Shown: positions 39,521 through 48,314 of the stretch, one piece after another
Layout of the letters: each line of letters begins with the position of its first letter
How positions within the stretch are numbered: the first letter of the stretch is position 1
Assembly: GCA_963805975.1 (NCBI GenBank)
Contig: CAWDVR010000003.1
Location: 224,001 to 288,000 of the forward strand
Origin: an uncultured Acidobacteriota bacterium
Lineage (GTDB): Bacteria; Acidobacteriota; Thermoanaerobaculia; Multivoradales; SZUA-115
Reading direction: 5' to 3'
Length of the DNA: 64,000 nt
Position numbers and translations under genes: made by a program
The notes under the pieces: generated by a model
Seen by the model: only the letters and a program-made list of their open reading frames with translations
Told to the model about the DNA's origin: nothing
The model's database searches: none

Positions 39521-42499
39521 CTACGGCATCCGCACCGCTCGCGCTCCGCAGCCGGGGCCGTAGATCACTGCGTTGGCGAAGAGGCGCGCGGTGCCGTAGG
39601 CCGTGCCGCGGTAGACGGGGTCGCCGGCGAAGAGGATCACCTGGCCGTGGCCGAGGCGCTCGCGGGTGAGGTAGGCGGAGTTGGCGAGGCGCTCGGCGGC
39701 CTCGGGCCAGAGGAGGCCCGAGAGGCGGAGCGTCAGCTCGGCGTTGCCGGGCACGGCGCTCCAGCCGAAGGCGCGCCAGCGGGGCGGCGCCGAGGCAGCC
39801 GCCGGGGAGGGCGAGCGCTCCCGGGCGCTCTCGCGCGGCGGCAGCGCCCGGGCCACGCCGAGCCGCACCGGCACCTGGACCGGCGACTTGGCGAGCAGCA
39901 CCGGTCCCTGCCCCACGAAGATCGGCAGCGTCGCCCCGGTGCCGACCGTCAGCCAGTGCTCGGTGTCCACCCGACCGGCGAGGATCGCGCCCTGTGGCAG
40001 GAAGCGCTCGGCGTAGGCCTCACGCCGACCCAGCTCGGCCCTGTCGATCTCAATGGGGTCGGCCTTTTCCGCTTCCAATCCTTCGACGCCCTCCCAGGGC
40101 ATCTTCGCGTGCGTGCCCACGGCCTGCCGCCGCACCATCTCGCGGCGGCTCTCCTCCTCGGAAGGGAGACCGGGTGCATCGCGCCAGGAGCTCAGGAGGT
40201 CCGCACGGTAGGTGCCTAGGTCGGCCACGACATCCGCCAGCTGACGAGTGGAGGAGATCTGCGCCTTTTCGTTCGCCACCCGGCCCGCGGCCTGGCCCAC
40301 CGCGACCAGGGTGCCACCGTTCTCCACCCAGGCCTTCACGGCCTTGGCGGCGCCCTCGTCGAGCTCGGTGCCGGGGGCCAGCACCAGCACGTTGTAGCGC
40401 CGGAGGTCGACATCGCCGAGATCGTCGCCGGCCAGCAGCGAGATCGGCAGCCCGAGCTCGCGGTCGAGCGTGAACCACAGCGCTCCGTGCTCGTTCACGT
40501 CCGCCTTGCCGTAGCCCACGAGCGCCACGCGCGGCCGCTCCAGCAGCACGAAGTGATCGCCTCCCAGGTCCGCCAGGTCGCCGGCCCCCAGGCCGGTCGA
40601 GACGCCGTGCGGCGCCAGGCCGAGTGGCACCGCCAAGGTTCTGAGGCGCGCACCCAGGTTCCCGGCGCGCTCCCGGTTGTCGTCCCGGGAGACGACCAGC
40701 GAACCGCGGCCGAAGCCCTGGCCGTCGAGCGTGAAGGCCTCGTCCGCCAGGCGCACGCGCACCTCGTCACCCAGGAGCTTCGCGGCGAGGGCCACGGAGG
40801 CGTCGTCGGCGCCGTCGAACACCCAGGCTACCGGCTCGCCGCGGAGAGGCTTGTCGGGCGCGCTCGGGTAAGCCGCGAGCTTGGTGAGCTCCGCGGCGGT
40901 GGTCTTCCCGGCGAGAGCGGGCGCGAGCTCGCTGTCGATCTCGAAGGCGTCGAGCCCGTAGAGGAGCGGCATGCTCCAGCCGCTCACGTCGTAGAGCAGC
41001 GTCTGGCGCCCGGCCACCAGCGCCGCGCGCTCCTTGGCGAGCACGTCGTCCGGCAGCGGCAGGTCGAAGTCGAAGGAGGCGCGGAGCAGACCGCCCTCCG
41101 GCTGCCGGCCGGCGATCAACAGCGTGCCCGCCGGCAGCTCCACCTCGCGCCGCTGGCCGAAAGGGTCGCGGGCACTGAGCTTGGTGGCCCTGTCCAGCCG
41201 CTGGATCTCGCCGCCCAGCCGCTCGGCGGCCTCGGCGAAGCGGCGCAGGCGCGAGGCGTTGCCGTTCGGCACGATCGCCAGCGTGCGGCCGGCGAGCGGG
41301 CCGTCGTCCGCGATCACACCGCGCCGCCAGCGCGCGAAGTCGCGGGCGATCTCCACGCGATTCGTTTCCAGGGAGCGCACGTTGGCCCAGGCCGCGGCCA
41401 CCTGGTGCGCCACCGACTCGTGGTAGGACATGAGCTGCCCGTTCTCGAGCCGCACACTGCCGGCGGTGATGCCCGCCTGCTCGTGCAGGATGCCGATCGC
41501 GCCGCGGAAAGTGCCGAAAGAGTCCGAGTAGCCGGGGAACCACCAGTCCGCCCACTCGCCGGTGTAGTAGCGCCAGCCCTTCTGGTCGAAGGCCGCGGCC
41601 TCGTCGAGCCCGAAGCGGTCCCACCAGCGCTTGGCGGGCTCGGGCAGGTACGGATTGAAGGGCGGCCGGGGCGGGTAGAAGAGGAAGGTGCTGTCGAGCC
41701 CCATCTCGTGCACGTCGAGGAAGAACAGCGGGTGCCAGCCGGCGAGCGCCGCCAGCCGGCCGCGGGTCTCGGGTTGGGTGGCGAAGATCCAGTCGCGGTT
41801 GAGGTCGAAGCCGTAGTGGTTGGTCCGCCCCCACGGCCAGGAGCCCTGCTGCAGGATGGACTGGCCGTCCGACACCGGGGTGGCACCGCTGGTCTCGCGC
41901 ACGCGCGCCAGGTAGCGGTCCCGGCCGTCCGGGTTCTGGAGCGGATCGATGAACACCACCAGGTGCTCGAGGAGCGCCTCGACTGCCGGCTCGCGGCTCG
42001 CGACCAGCCGGTCCGCCAGCACCAGCGCCGCGTCGGCCCCGGAGATCTCGTCACCGTGGATCGAGAACGCGAGCCAGGCCACCGCCGGCAGCTCGCTTGC
42101 CAGCCGCTCGGCCTCGTTGGCGGTGGAGCGGCGCGCGTCCGCGACCTTCTCCCAGCCCTGCCGGATCTCCTCCAGGCGGGCGAGGTTCGCGGGCGACGAG
42201 ATCGCCAGGTGGTAGAGCGTGCGCCCCTCCCAGGTCTCGCCGTGCTCGAAGAGGCGGGCGCGCGGGTTCTTGGCCCAGGCTTCGAGGCAGCGCTCGATCT
42301 CGCCGTGCGTGGCGGCGCGCTCGCCGGCCGGGAAGCCGAGCAGCGTGCCGAGCTCGGGAACCGTGGTGTCGCGCGCTCCGCCGGAGAAGTAGGACACGGG
42401 AGCCGGCGCCTGCGCGCCGCCGGGCAGTGGGGCGAGTGCCAAGAGCGCGAGGCCCAGGGACCAGGAGCGAGCGGCGTGCAGGAGAGATCGACGGAGCAA
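39521..42499 (-). CDS. Secreted M14 zinc carboxypeptidase-family protein
   Basis: Signal peptide; SIHGDE, NPDG, DLNRD, DVHEM motifs. Confidence 0.88.
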   Translation of the reverse strand: MLRRSLLHAARSWSLGLALLALAPLPGGAQAPAPVSYFSGGARDTTVPELGTLLGFPAGERAATHGEIERCLEAWAKNPRARLFEHGETWEGRTLYHLAISSPANLARLEEIRQGWEKVADARRSTANEAERLASELPAVAWLAFSIHGDEISGADAALVLADRLVASREPAVEALLEHLVVFIDPLQNPDGRDRYLARVRETSGATPVSDGQSILQQGSWPWGRTNHYGFDLNRDWIFATQPETRGRLAALAGWHPLFFLDVHEMGLDSTFLFYPPRPPFNPYLPEPAKRWWDRFGLDEAAAFDQKGWRYYTGEWADWWFPGYSDSFGTFRGAIGILHEQAGITAGSVRLENGQLMSYHESVAHQVAAAWANVRSLETNRVEIARDFARWRRGVIADDGPLAGRTLAIVPNGNASRLRRFAEAAERLGGEIQRLDRATKLSARDPFGQRREVELPAGTLLIAGRQPEGGLLRASFDFDLPLPDDVLAKERAALVAGRQTLLYDVSGWSMPLLYGLDAFEIDSELAPALAGKTTAAELTKLAAYPSAPDKPLRGEPVAWVFDGADDASVALAAKLLGDEVRVRLADEAFTLDGQGFGRGSLVVSRDDNRERAGNLGARLRTLAVPLGLAPHGVSTGLGAGDLADLGGDHFVLLERPRVALVGYGKADVNEHGALWFTLDRELGLPISLLAGDDLGDVDLRRYNVLVLAPGTELDEGAAKAVKAWVENGGTLVAVGQAAGRVANEKAQISSTRQLADVVADLGTYRADLLSSWRDAPGLPSEEESRREMVRRQAVGTHAKMPWEGVEGLEAEKADPIEIDRAELGRREAYAERFLPQGAILAGRVDTEHWLTVGTGATLPIFVGQGPVLLAKSPVQVPVRLGVARALPPRESARERSPSPAAASAPPRWRAFGWSAVPGNAELTLRLSGLLWPEAAERLANSAYLTRERLGHGQVILFAGDPVYRGTAYGTARLFANAVIYGPGCGARAVRMP

Positions 42500-42539
42500 G
42501 GCAACCTCCCGAGAAGAGTGCGGCGGGTTCGCGGCAAGC

Positions 42540-43490
42540 CTACAGCTTCAGCCGCTCGAGCAGGCGGGTGACCACCGAGGAGTCCTGCATGACGTAGAAG
42601 TGGATCGAGGGCGTGCCTTTGTCCAGCAGCTCGCGCACCTGCGCGAGGGTCCACTCGATGCCCACTTCCTTGACCTGCTCGGGCTTGGCGGCGTGTACCG
42701 CGTCGGCGAGCTGCCAGGGGATCTCGGCGTAGAAGTTGCGCGGGATCGAGGTGAGCTGCTTCGCGCCGGTCAAGATCTTCAAGCCGGGGATGATGGGCAC
42801 CGTGATGCCCTCCGCGCGGCAGAGCTCGACGTAGCGGAAGTAGTGCGCGTTGTCGAAGAACATCTGGGTCACGAGGTAATCCGCGCCGGCGTCGACTTTC
42901 TCTTTCGCACGGCGGATCTCGGTCTTCAAGTTCGGGCACTCGAAGTGCTTTTCCGGATAGCCGCCGGCGCCGACACAGAAGTGCGTGGGCTCGGCGTTGA
43001 GCAGGTCGGCCTCCAGGTACTTGCCGTGGTTCATGTCGGAGATCTGGCGCACCAGGTCGGCGGCGAACGCGTTGGCGCTCCGGCCACCGGTCAGCGGCTT
43101 CTGGTAGCCGCTGTCGTCGCCGCGCACCGCGAGCACGTTGTCGATGCCCAGGAAGTTGAGCTCGATCAGGAAGTCCTCGGTCTCCTCGCGGGTGAAGCCC
43201 TGGCAGAGGATGTGGGGCACGGCATCGACGTTGTACTTGTTCTGGATCAGGGCGCAGACGCCGATCGTTCCCGGCCGCTTGCGCTTGACCCGGCGCTGGA
43301 TGCCGCCGGGAGTCTCTTCGAAGACCACCTCGGCCGCGTGACTGGTGATGTCGATGAACGGCGGGCGCCAGGGCATCAGGTTGTCGATCACCGACAGCAG
43401 CGCCTGCACGTGGCCGCCGCGTAGCGGCGGGATGATCTCGAAGCTGATCAGCGGGCCCGTCGCCCGCGCCAGGTGCTCGGTCACTTTCAT
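42540..43490 (-). CDS. metF: 5,10-methylenetetrahydrofolate reductase
   Basis: ISFEIIPP, LAVRGD, GYPEKH, KVDAGADYLVTQMFFDN, IHFY. Confidence 0.93.
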   Translation of the reverse strand: MKVTEHLARATGPLISFEIIPPLRGGHVQALLSVIDNLMPWRPPFIDITSHAAEVVFEETPGGIQRRVKRKRPGTIGVCALIQNKYNVDAVPHILCQGFTREETEDFLIELNFLGIDNVLAVRGDDSGYQKPLTGGRSANAFAADLVRQISDMNHGKYLEADLLNAEPTHFCVGAGGYPEKHFECPNLKTEIRRAKEKVDAGADYLVTQMFFDNAHYFRYVELCRAEGITVPIIPGLKILTGAKQLTSIPRNFYAEIPWQLADAVHAAKPEQVKEVGIEWTLAQVRELLDKGTPSIHFYVMQDSSVVTRLLERLKL

Positions 43491-43496
43491 CGCGTG

Positions 43497-43554
43497 CCCT
43501 CGTAGCGCCGTCCTCGCAGCGGCGCCCTCTCGCAGCGCCGCCCTCGTAGCGGCG
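43497..43554. repeat. Four tandem 14-16 bp direct repeats
   Basis: CCCTCGTAGCGCCG / TCCTCGCAGCGGCG / CCCTCTCGCAGCGCCG / CCCTCGTAGCGGCG between divergent metF and the sugar transferase. Confidence 0.7.
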
Positions 43555-43592
43555 GGAGTATAGGCGATGGGCCTTGCTACACTGCCGCCGCC

Positions 43593-44999
43593 GTGAACCG
43601 CCTGACGCCCGCTCCCACCGCCTGGCGCCTGCTGCGCCTGGTGGGCGATCTCGGTGCCGCCGCGGGCGCCTTCTACCTCTCGTTCCTGGCCCGCATCCAC
43701 TTCACGATCCCGCTCACCGCCTTCCCCCTGCCGGCCTCGCGCCTGCGCTTCTTCGAGCGCGAGTGGTGGACGGTGGTGGTCGCCCAGGCGCTGGTCCTCT
43801 ACTTCTTCGGCTTCTACGACCCGCCCCGCGAGTCGCGCGGTCCGGAGGGCACGCGCCGGCTGCTCGCCGCGGTGGCGCTCCAGGGCCTGGGGCTCGCCGG
43901 CTATTACTTCCTCACCGACCGCCAGTTCCCGCGCTCGGTGCTGGTGCTGTTCGTGGTCTTCAACTTCCTCCTCGTCCTCACCTGGCGGAGCGCCGTCGGC
44001 CGCCTCTACCGCGCGCCGCGCCGGCGGGTGGCGATCGTCGGCTGCGGCCCGGCGGCGCGCGAGCTGGCGGCGAAGATCGCCGGCTTCGACGGCCAGGACG
44101 TGCTGGTGGTGGGCTTCGTGCCGGCCCCGGACGAAACGTTCGCGCCGCCGGCGGAGGGCGACGGCGCAGCTCTCGGCCCCTCGCTGGGAACGGTCGAGGA
44201 GCTGCCCGCGCTCCTCGCCGCGGGCACCATCGACGACATCATCCTCGCCGCCGGCGCCCGCGCCTGGCAGACGCGGCTCCTCGACCAGCTCGCCACCCAG
44301 CGGCTGGCGCGGAGCAACGTGCTGCTGCTTCCCGGGCCGATCGAGAGCCTGATCGGCCGCATGCGCTACCGCTGGGTGGACGACGTGCCGCTGATCGAGG
44401 TGGTGCGCCAGTCGGAGTGGCAGGTGAACCGGCCGCTGAAGCGGCTGCTGGACCTGGTGGGCGCCAGCCTGCTGCTGATCGCCTCCGTGCCGCTCCTGCT
44501 GCTCGCCGCGCTGCTGATCGCCCTGGCCTCCGGGCTGCCCGTCTTCTACCGCCAGGAGCGGCTGGGGCTCGGGAGGAAGCCGTTCACGGTGTGGAAGCTG
44601 CGCACCATGAAGCTGAACGCCGAGCGCGACACCGGCGAGGTGCTGGCGGCGCCCGGCGACCCACGGCTGACGGCGGTGGGGGCCTGGCTGCGGCGGCTGC
44701 GGCTCGACGAGCTGCCGCAGCTCGTGAACGTGCTCGCCGGCTCGATGAGCCTGGTGGGGCCGCGGCCGGAGCGGCCGGGCTTCGCCGAGCGGTTCCTGAC
44801 CGAGGTGCCGGGCTACGCCGAGCGCTTCTCGGTGCCGCCCGGGCTCACCGGGCTCGCGCAGGTGAACGGCGACTACCACTCGACGCCGGAGAACAAGCTG
44901 CGCTACGACCTGGCCTACATCGCCAACTGGAGCCCGTGGCTGGACCTCGCGATCCTGTTCCGCACGGTGAAGATCGTGCTGACGTCGCGCGGGACTTAG
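43593..44999 (+). CDS. Priming undecaprenyl-phosphate sugar-phosphate transferase (WcaJ/WbaP family)
   Basis: N-terminal TMs; KRLLD, KLRTM, RLDELPQL, SLVGPRPE, PGLTGLAQV. Confidence 0.93.
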   Translation: MNRLTPAPTAWRLLRLVGDLGAAAGAFYLSFLARIHFTIPLTAFPLPASRLRFFEREWWTVVVAQALVLYFFGFYDPPRESRGPEGTRRLLAAVALQGLGLAGYYFLTDRQFPRSVLVLFVVFNFLLVLTWRSAVGRLYRAPRRRVAIVGCGPAARELAAKIAGFDGQDVLVVGFVPAPDETFAPPAEGDGAALGPSLGTVEELPALLAAGTIDDIILAAGARAWQTRLLDQLATQRLARSNVLLLPGPIESLIGRMRYRWVDDVPLIEVVRQSEWQVNRPLKRLLDLVGASLLLIASVPLLLLAALLIALASGLPVFYRQERLGLGRKPFTVWKLRTMKLNAERDTGEVLAAPGDPRLTAVGAWLRRLRLDELPQLVNVLAGSMSLVGPRPERPGFAERFLTEVPGYAERFSVPPGLTGLAQVNGDYHSTPENKLRYDLAYIANWSPWLDLAILFRTVKIVLTSRGT

Positions 45000-45448
45000 G
45001 GCCGGAGCTCCGCCGGGATCTCGCGGGCCAGCAGCGGATCGAGCTTGAACGCGGCCGCGAAGCTCTTCTTCGCCTCCTCGCGCTGCCCCGCCTGAAACTG
45101 TGCGCGGCCCAGGTTGAGGTAGGTCTCCGGCCGCTGCTCCAGGCGGTTGGCCGCCTGGTAGGACTCGATCGCCGCCTCCGGCGAGCCCAGCAGGTAGTAG
45201 ACGCTGCCGATGGCGATCGGGATGCCCACCTCCACCGGGTCGCGCTGCTCGGCGCGGCGCAGCAGGTCGAGGTTGGCGCGCAGCAGGCCGCTGCCCGTCT
45301 TTCCCATGCGTGCGGCGTAGAGGCTCGCGGTCTCCGCCCGCTGCAGCGCTACCGCGGCAACGATGCGGTCCGCCGAGCGGTCCACCTGCCACGCGAGCGC
45401 GGCGGCGAGCGCCGCGAGCGCTAGCCAGCTCGCCAGCCGGCCGCTCAC
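44996..45448 (-). CDS. Small membrane-anchored TPR protein
   Basis: GTG overlapping the upstream TGA; hydrophobic N-terminus; TPR-like 'ETYLNLGRAQF...AFKLDP'. Confidence 0.75.
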   Translation of the reverse strand: MSGRLASWLALAALAAALAWQVDRSADRIVAAVALQRAETASLYAARMGKTGSGLLRANLDLLRRAEQRDPVEVGIPIAIGSVYYLLGSPEAAIESYQAANRLEQRPETYLNLGRAQFQAGQREEAKKSFAAAFKLDPLLAREIPAELRP

Positions 45449-46824
45449 GCCGGCACCTCGGCCCGGGAACGGCGGGCGGCGGCGAAGATCCAGGCGAGCA
45501 GCAGGAGCCCCGGCACCGCGGTCAGGGCGATGCGGAACGGGAAGAAGGCGAGCGACATCACGGCGTACGCGGTCACTCCCGCCCAGGCCACGGCTGCGTC
45601 GTGGGTCGAGCGATCGCCCTCGCGGCCCGGCAGCCGGCGCAATTGCCGCACCAGCACGTAGAGCGCCCAGGCCAGGGCGGCGAGGCCCGGCAGGCCCCAC
45701 TCCGCCGCCGTCTCCACGTACTCGTTGTGGGCGTTGGCGAAGATCACGTTCTCCTGCGAGCGGAAGAACTTGACGCCCTGGTCCACCAGGGCCAGGCGCG
45801 CCGTGCCGAACGCGGCGCGGTAGGCGCCGTGCCCGACGCCCGCGAGCGGGTGCTCCTCGAGCATCCACAGGGCGGTTCGCCAGCCGTCGAGCCGGCCGGT
45901 CAGGACGCTGTTGAGGTCGCCCTTCCACGCGGCCGAGAGCTTCCCCGTCACCCGCAGCCGGAGCGGCGCCAGGACGAGGACCAGGACCACGCCCACCGCG
46001 GCGATGGTGCCGGCGATGGCGATCGCCCGGCGGCGCGGCAGGAGGATGCCCCAGAAGACCACGCTGCCGGCGGCGAGCGCGATGAGCGCGGTGAGGCTCT
46101 GGGTGATGGCCACGGTGTAGAGGCCGAGCGCGATCGCCGCCAGGTACCACCAGCGGAAGCGATGGCGTGCGGCGAGCGCCGCCTGCGCCACCAGGCAGGG
46201 CAGCACCCAGAAGGCGCCGAGGTCGCCGGGGTTGCCGGCCAGCGCGGTGACCCCCAGCCGGTTCGCTTCCAGGCCACGGGCGAACTGCAGCGGCTCCCAG
46301 AGGTCGTGGTACTGGAGCACGGCGAGGAGCGACATCAGGATCGCCGGCACCACGAGGAAGTCCAGCAGCCGTCGCAGGCGCTCGGCGGAGAGCCCCAGGC
46401 TCCAGCCGGCGAGCGCCGCGGCGCCGATCCAGAGGTCGGCCAGGCCTTCCCGCACATGCAGTGGATGATCGGTGAACGCGAGGCCCAGGGTGGCGACGGC
46501 CAGGAGCGGAACGAGCGCCCGGAGAACCGGGATCTCCGCCAGCTCGCGCCAGCGGATCGTCGGTACGGAACGCAGCTTCCAGGCGAGCGGCAGCAGGGTG
46601 AGGAGGGCCACCGTCGAGGCGAGGAGCAGCTTCGGCAGCCGGAACGCCTCCTTGGCCGCGTGCCAGATGACGAACGGCAGGGCGAGGAGGAGGAGGCCGA
46701 GCAGGATCTCGGAGAGCCGCTCCGCCTTGCTCACCGCCGTGGACGATGCGGAGGCAGGGCGTTTGGGGGCGGTTCGTTTCGGCGGCACGGGAGATCGAGC
46801 TTCGGAAGCGTGGCGGCGGCCCAT
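45445..46824 (-). CDS. O-antigen ligase (Wzy_C) family protein
   Basis: Multi-TM; GNP, 'GR...W...HPLAGVGHG', AHNEY. Confidence 0.88.
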   Translation of the reverse strand: MGRRHASEARSPVPPKRTAPKRPASASSTAVSKAERLSEILLGLLLLALPFVIWHAAKEAFRLPKLLLASTVALLTLLPLAWKLRSVPTIRWRELAEIPVLRALVPLLAVATLGLAFTDHPLHVREGLADLWIGAAALAGWSLGLSAERLRRLLDFLVVPAILMSLLAVLQYHDLWEPLQFARGLEANRLGVTALAGNPGDLGAFWVLPCLVAQAALAARHRFRWWYLAAIALGLYTVAITQSLTALIALAAGSVVFWGILLPRRRAIAIAGTIAAVGVVLVLVLAPLRLRVTGKLSAAWKGDLNSVLTGRLDGWRTALWMLEEHPLAGVGHGAYRAAFGTARLALVDQGVKFFRSQENVIFANAHNEYVETAAEWGLPGLAALAWALYVLVRQLRRLPGREGDRSTHDAAVAWAGVTAYAVMSLAFFPFRIALTAVPGLLLLAWIFAAARRSRAEVPA

Positions 46825-46842
46825 CGAGCAGCGAGCAGTCTA

Positions 46843-48057
46843 TCAGCCGCGTAGGCGCACCGAGATCGCGCTCCTCGCGTAGGAGAGAGCCCGCCGCACC
46901 AGGTCGAACGGCCGCGCCAGGCGCCGCGCGGCGCGGTTCCAGGGGCCGCGCGGCGGGCCGTAGATCGCTTCGAGCTCGGCACCGCTCGGAAAGACCGCAT
47001 GGCGCAGCGAACGGCCCAGGGCCATCGCTTTGGGCTGGTCGGAGAGCGGCCGGGCGATCATCTCGAAACGGAGAGCGCGGGCGTAGCTCTCGTCGAGCAC
47101 GCCGGCCAGGAAGTGGTGCAGCAGCGCCGCTTCGCCGCTCTCGGCGATCGGCTCGGCGAGCACCGTGAGGTCGCCGGCCGCCAGCCGCCGGCAGAGGCTT
47201 GCCAGGGCGGCGACCTCGGGCTCTTCGACCTCCGCCGCGGCGAGGCGCCCGGCTTGCGCCAGCAGGTCGCCGTTGTCCTCGAGACCCAGATCCAGCCAGT
47301 CGCCCACCAGCCGGAGCGCCGGGTAGGCGTGGGGCGCGAAACCGTGCTGCACCAGGCCGTGGACCAGGGCGTGGGCCGCCAGCACGGCGGGCGCGGGGAA
47401 GAAGCAGGAGCCCGGGAGCCCGGGAGCGGGGCGGAGGAGGCCCGCCGCGGCGAGACCCGGTGCCGTGGCCGAGCCCGCCCCTTTCTCGAGCCGCACGCCG
47501 AGCACCAGGCGGTGAATCTCGACGGCTCCGCCCTGGGGTGCCACGAGCGCCGGCAACTGGTGCTCCATCTCCGGCGTCCGGCTGGCGGTGTAGCCGCGGA
47601 GGACGAGGGCCTGCTGGAGGTCCCGAGCCCGACTCGGCGCCACCAGCACGTCGAGGTCTGCCGCCGGGCGGCTGCCTTCGGCCAGCACGCCGGAGAGCTC
47701 CAGCGCGAAGTACTTGAGGAAGACGAGCGGCAGCTCGAGCTCCGCCGCGGCGATGGCCACCTCTTCGGCCGCCGCGCCCAGGCAGAGCTGCGTGGCGACG
47801 GTGGCGAAGCGGTCGCGGCGGAAGAGCTCGGCCTCCCCGGCGCCGACCTCCGCCGCGAGCCGCTCGGTCTCGGCACGGCTCGCGATCCGTGGCGAGAGCC
47901 CGAGCCGGGCCGCGAGCGCATGCGCGCCGGCGACCGGGATCGCCACGTCCGGCAGCGGCTTCTCCGGCGGCCCGAAGGCCCGCACCAGGCACCAGGCGAG
48001 CGCCGGCCCGGCCTCGACTGCCGGCGGCCGGAAGCGCACGCCTGACTTGGGCCGCAT
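46843..48057 (-). CDS. Nucleotidyltransferase-family protein (NTP_transf_5-like)
   Basis: 'FLKY..L...RPAADLDVLV', VEIH, LVH..H motifs. Confidence 0.75.
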   Translation of the reverse strand: MRPKSGVRFRPPAVEAGPALAWCLVRAFGPPEKPLPDVAIPVAGAHALAARLGLSPRIASRAETERLAAEVGAGEAELFRRDRFATVATQLCLGAAAEEVAIAAAELELPLVFLKYFALELSGVLAEGSRPAADLDVLVAPSRARDLQQALVLRGYTASRTPEMEHQLPALVAPQGGAVEIHRLVLGVRLEKGAGSATAPGLAAAGLLRPAPGLPGSCFFPAPAVLAAHALVHGLVQHGFAPHAYPALRLVGDWLDLGLEDNGDLLAQAGRLAAAEVEEPEVAALASLCRRLAAGDLTVLAEPIAESGEAALLHHFLAGVLDESYARALRFEMIARPLSDQPKAMALGRSLRHAVFPSGAELEAIYGPPRGPWNRAARRLARPFDLVRRALSYARSAISVRLRG

Positions 48058-48120
48058 GATGGTCAGGATAGCGCGAGGGTGATCGACAAGGCCCGGCTCA
48101 AGAGGTCAGCGAGACAGCGT

Positions 48121-48267
48121 CCGGATGGATTCCCGCTTTCGCGGGAATGACGAAAGGAAGCCAACCCCTGTCATTCCCGCGAAAGTGGGAATCCATCCCA
48201 GGCTACGCCGATCGAGTGGACGGACTTCGCCTGCCTGTCATTCCCGCGAAAGCGGGAATCCATCCGG
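48121..48267. repeat. Three REP-like palindromic repeats
   Basis: GTCATTCCCGCGAAAGYGGGAATCCATCC at 48170 and 48237, inverted copy at 48121-48151. Confidence 0.85.
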
Positions 48268-48314
48268 CGTGCCGGCGACCACGATGCTCCGGGCCGATGG
48301 GTTATGGTCGCCGT

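Noticed and set aside
48121-48267. Possible CRISPR array
   Set aside because: Only three units, mixed orientation, unequal spacers and no cas genes. It fits REP-like repeats better.
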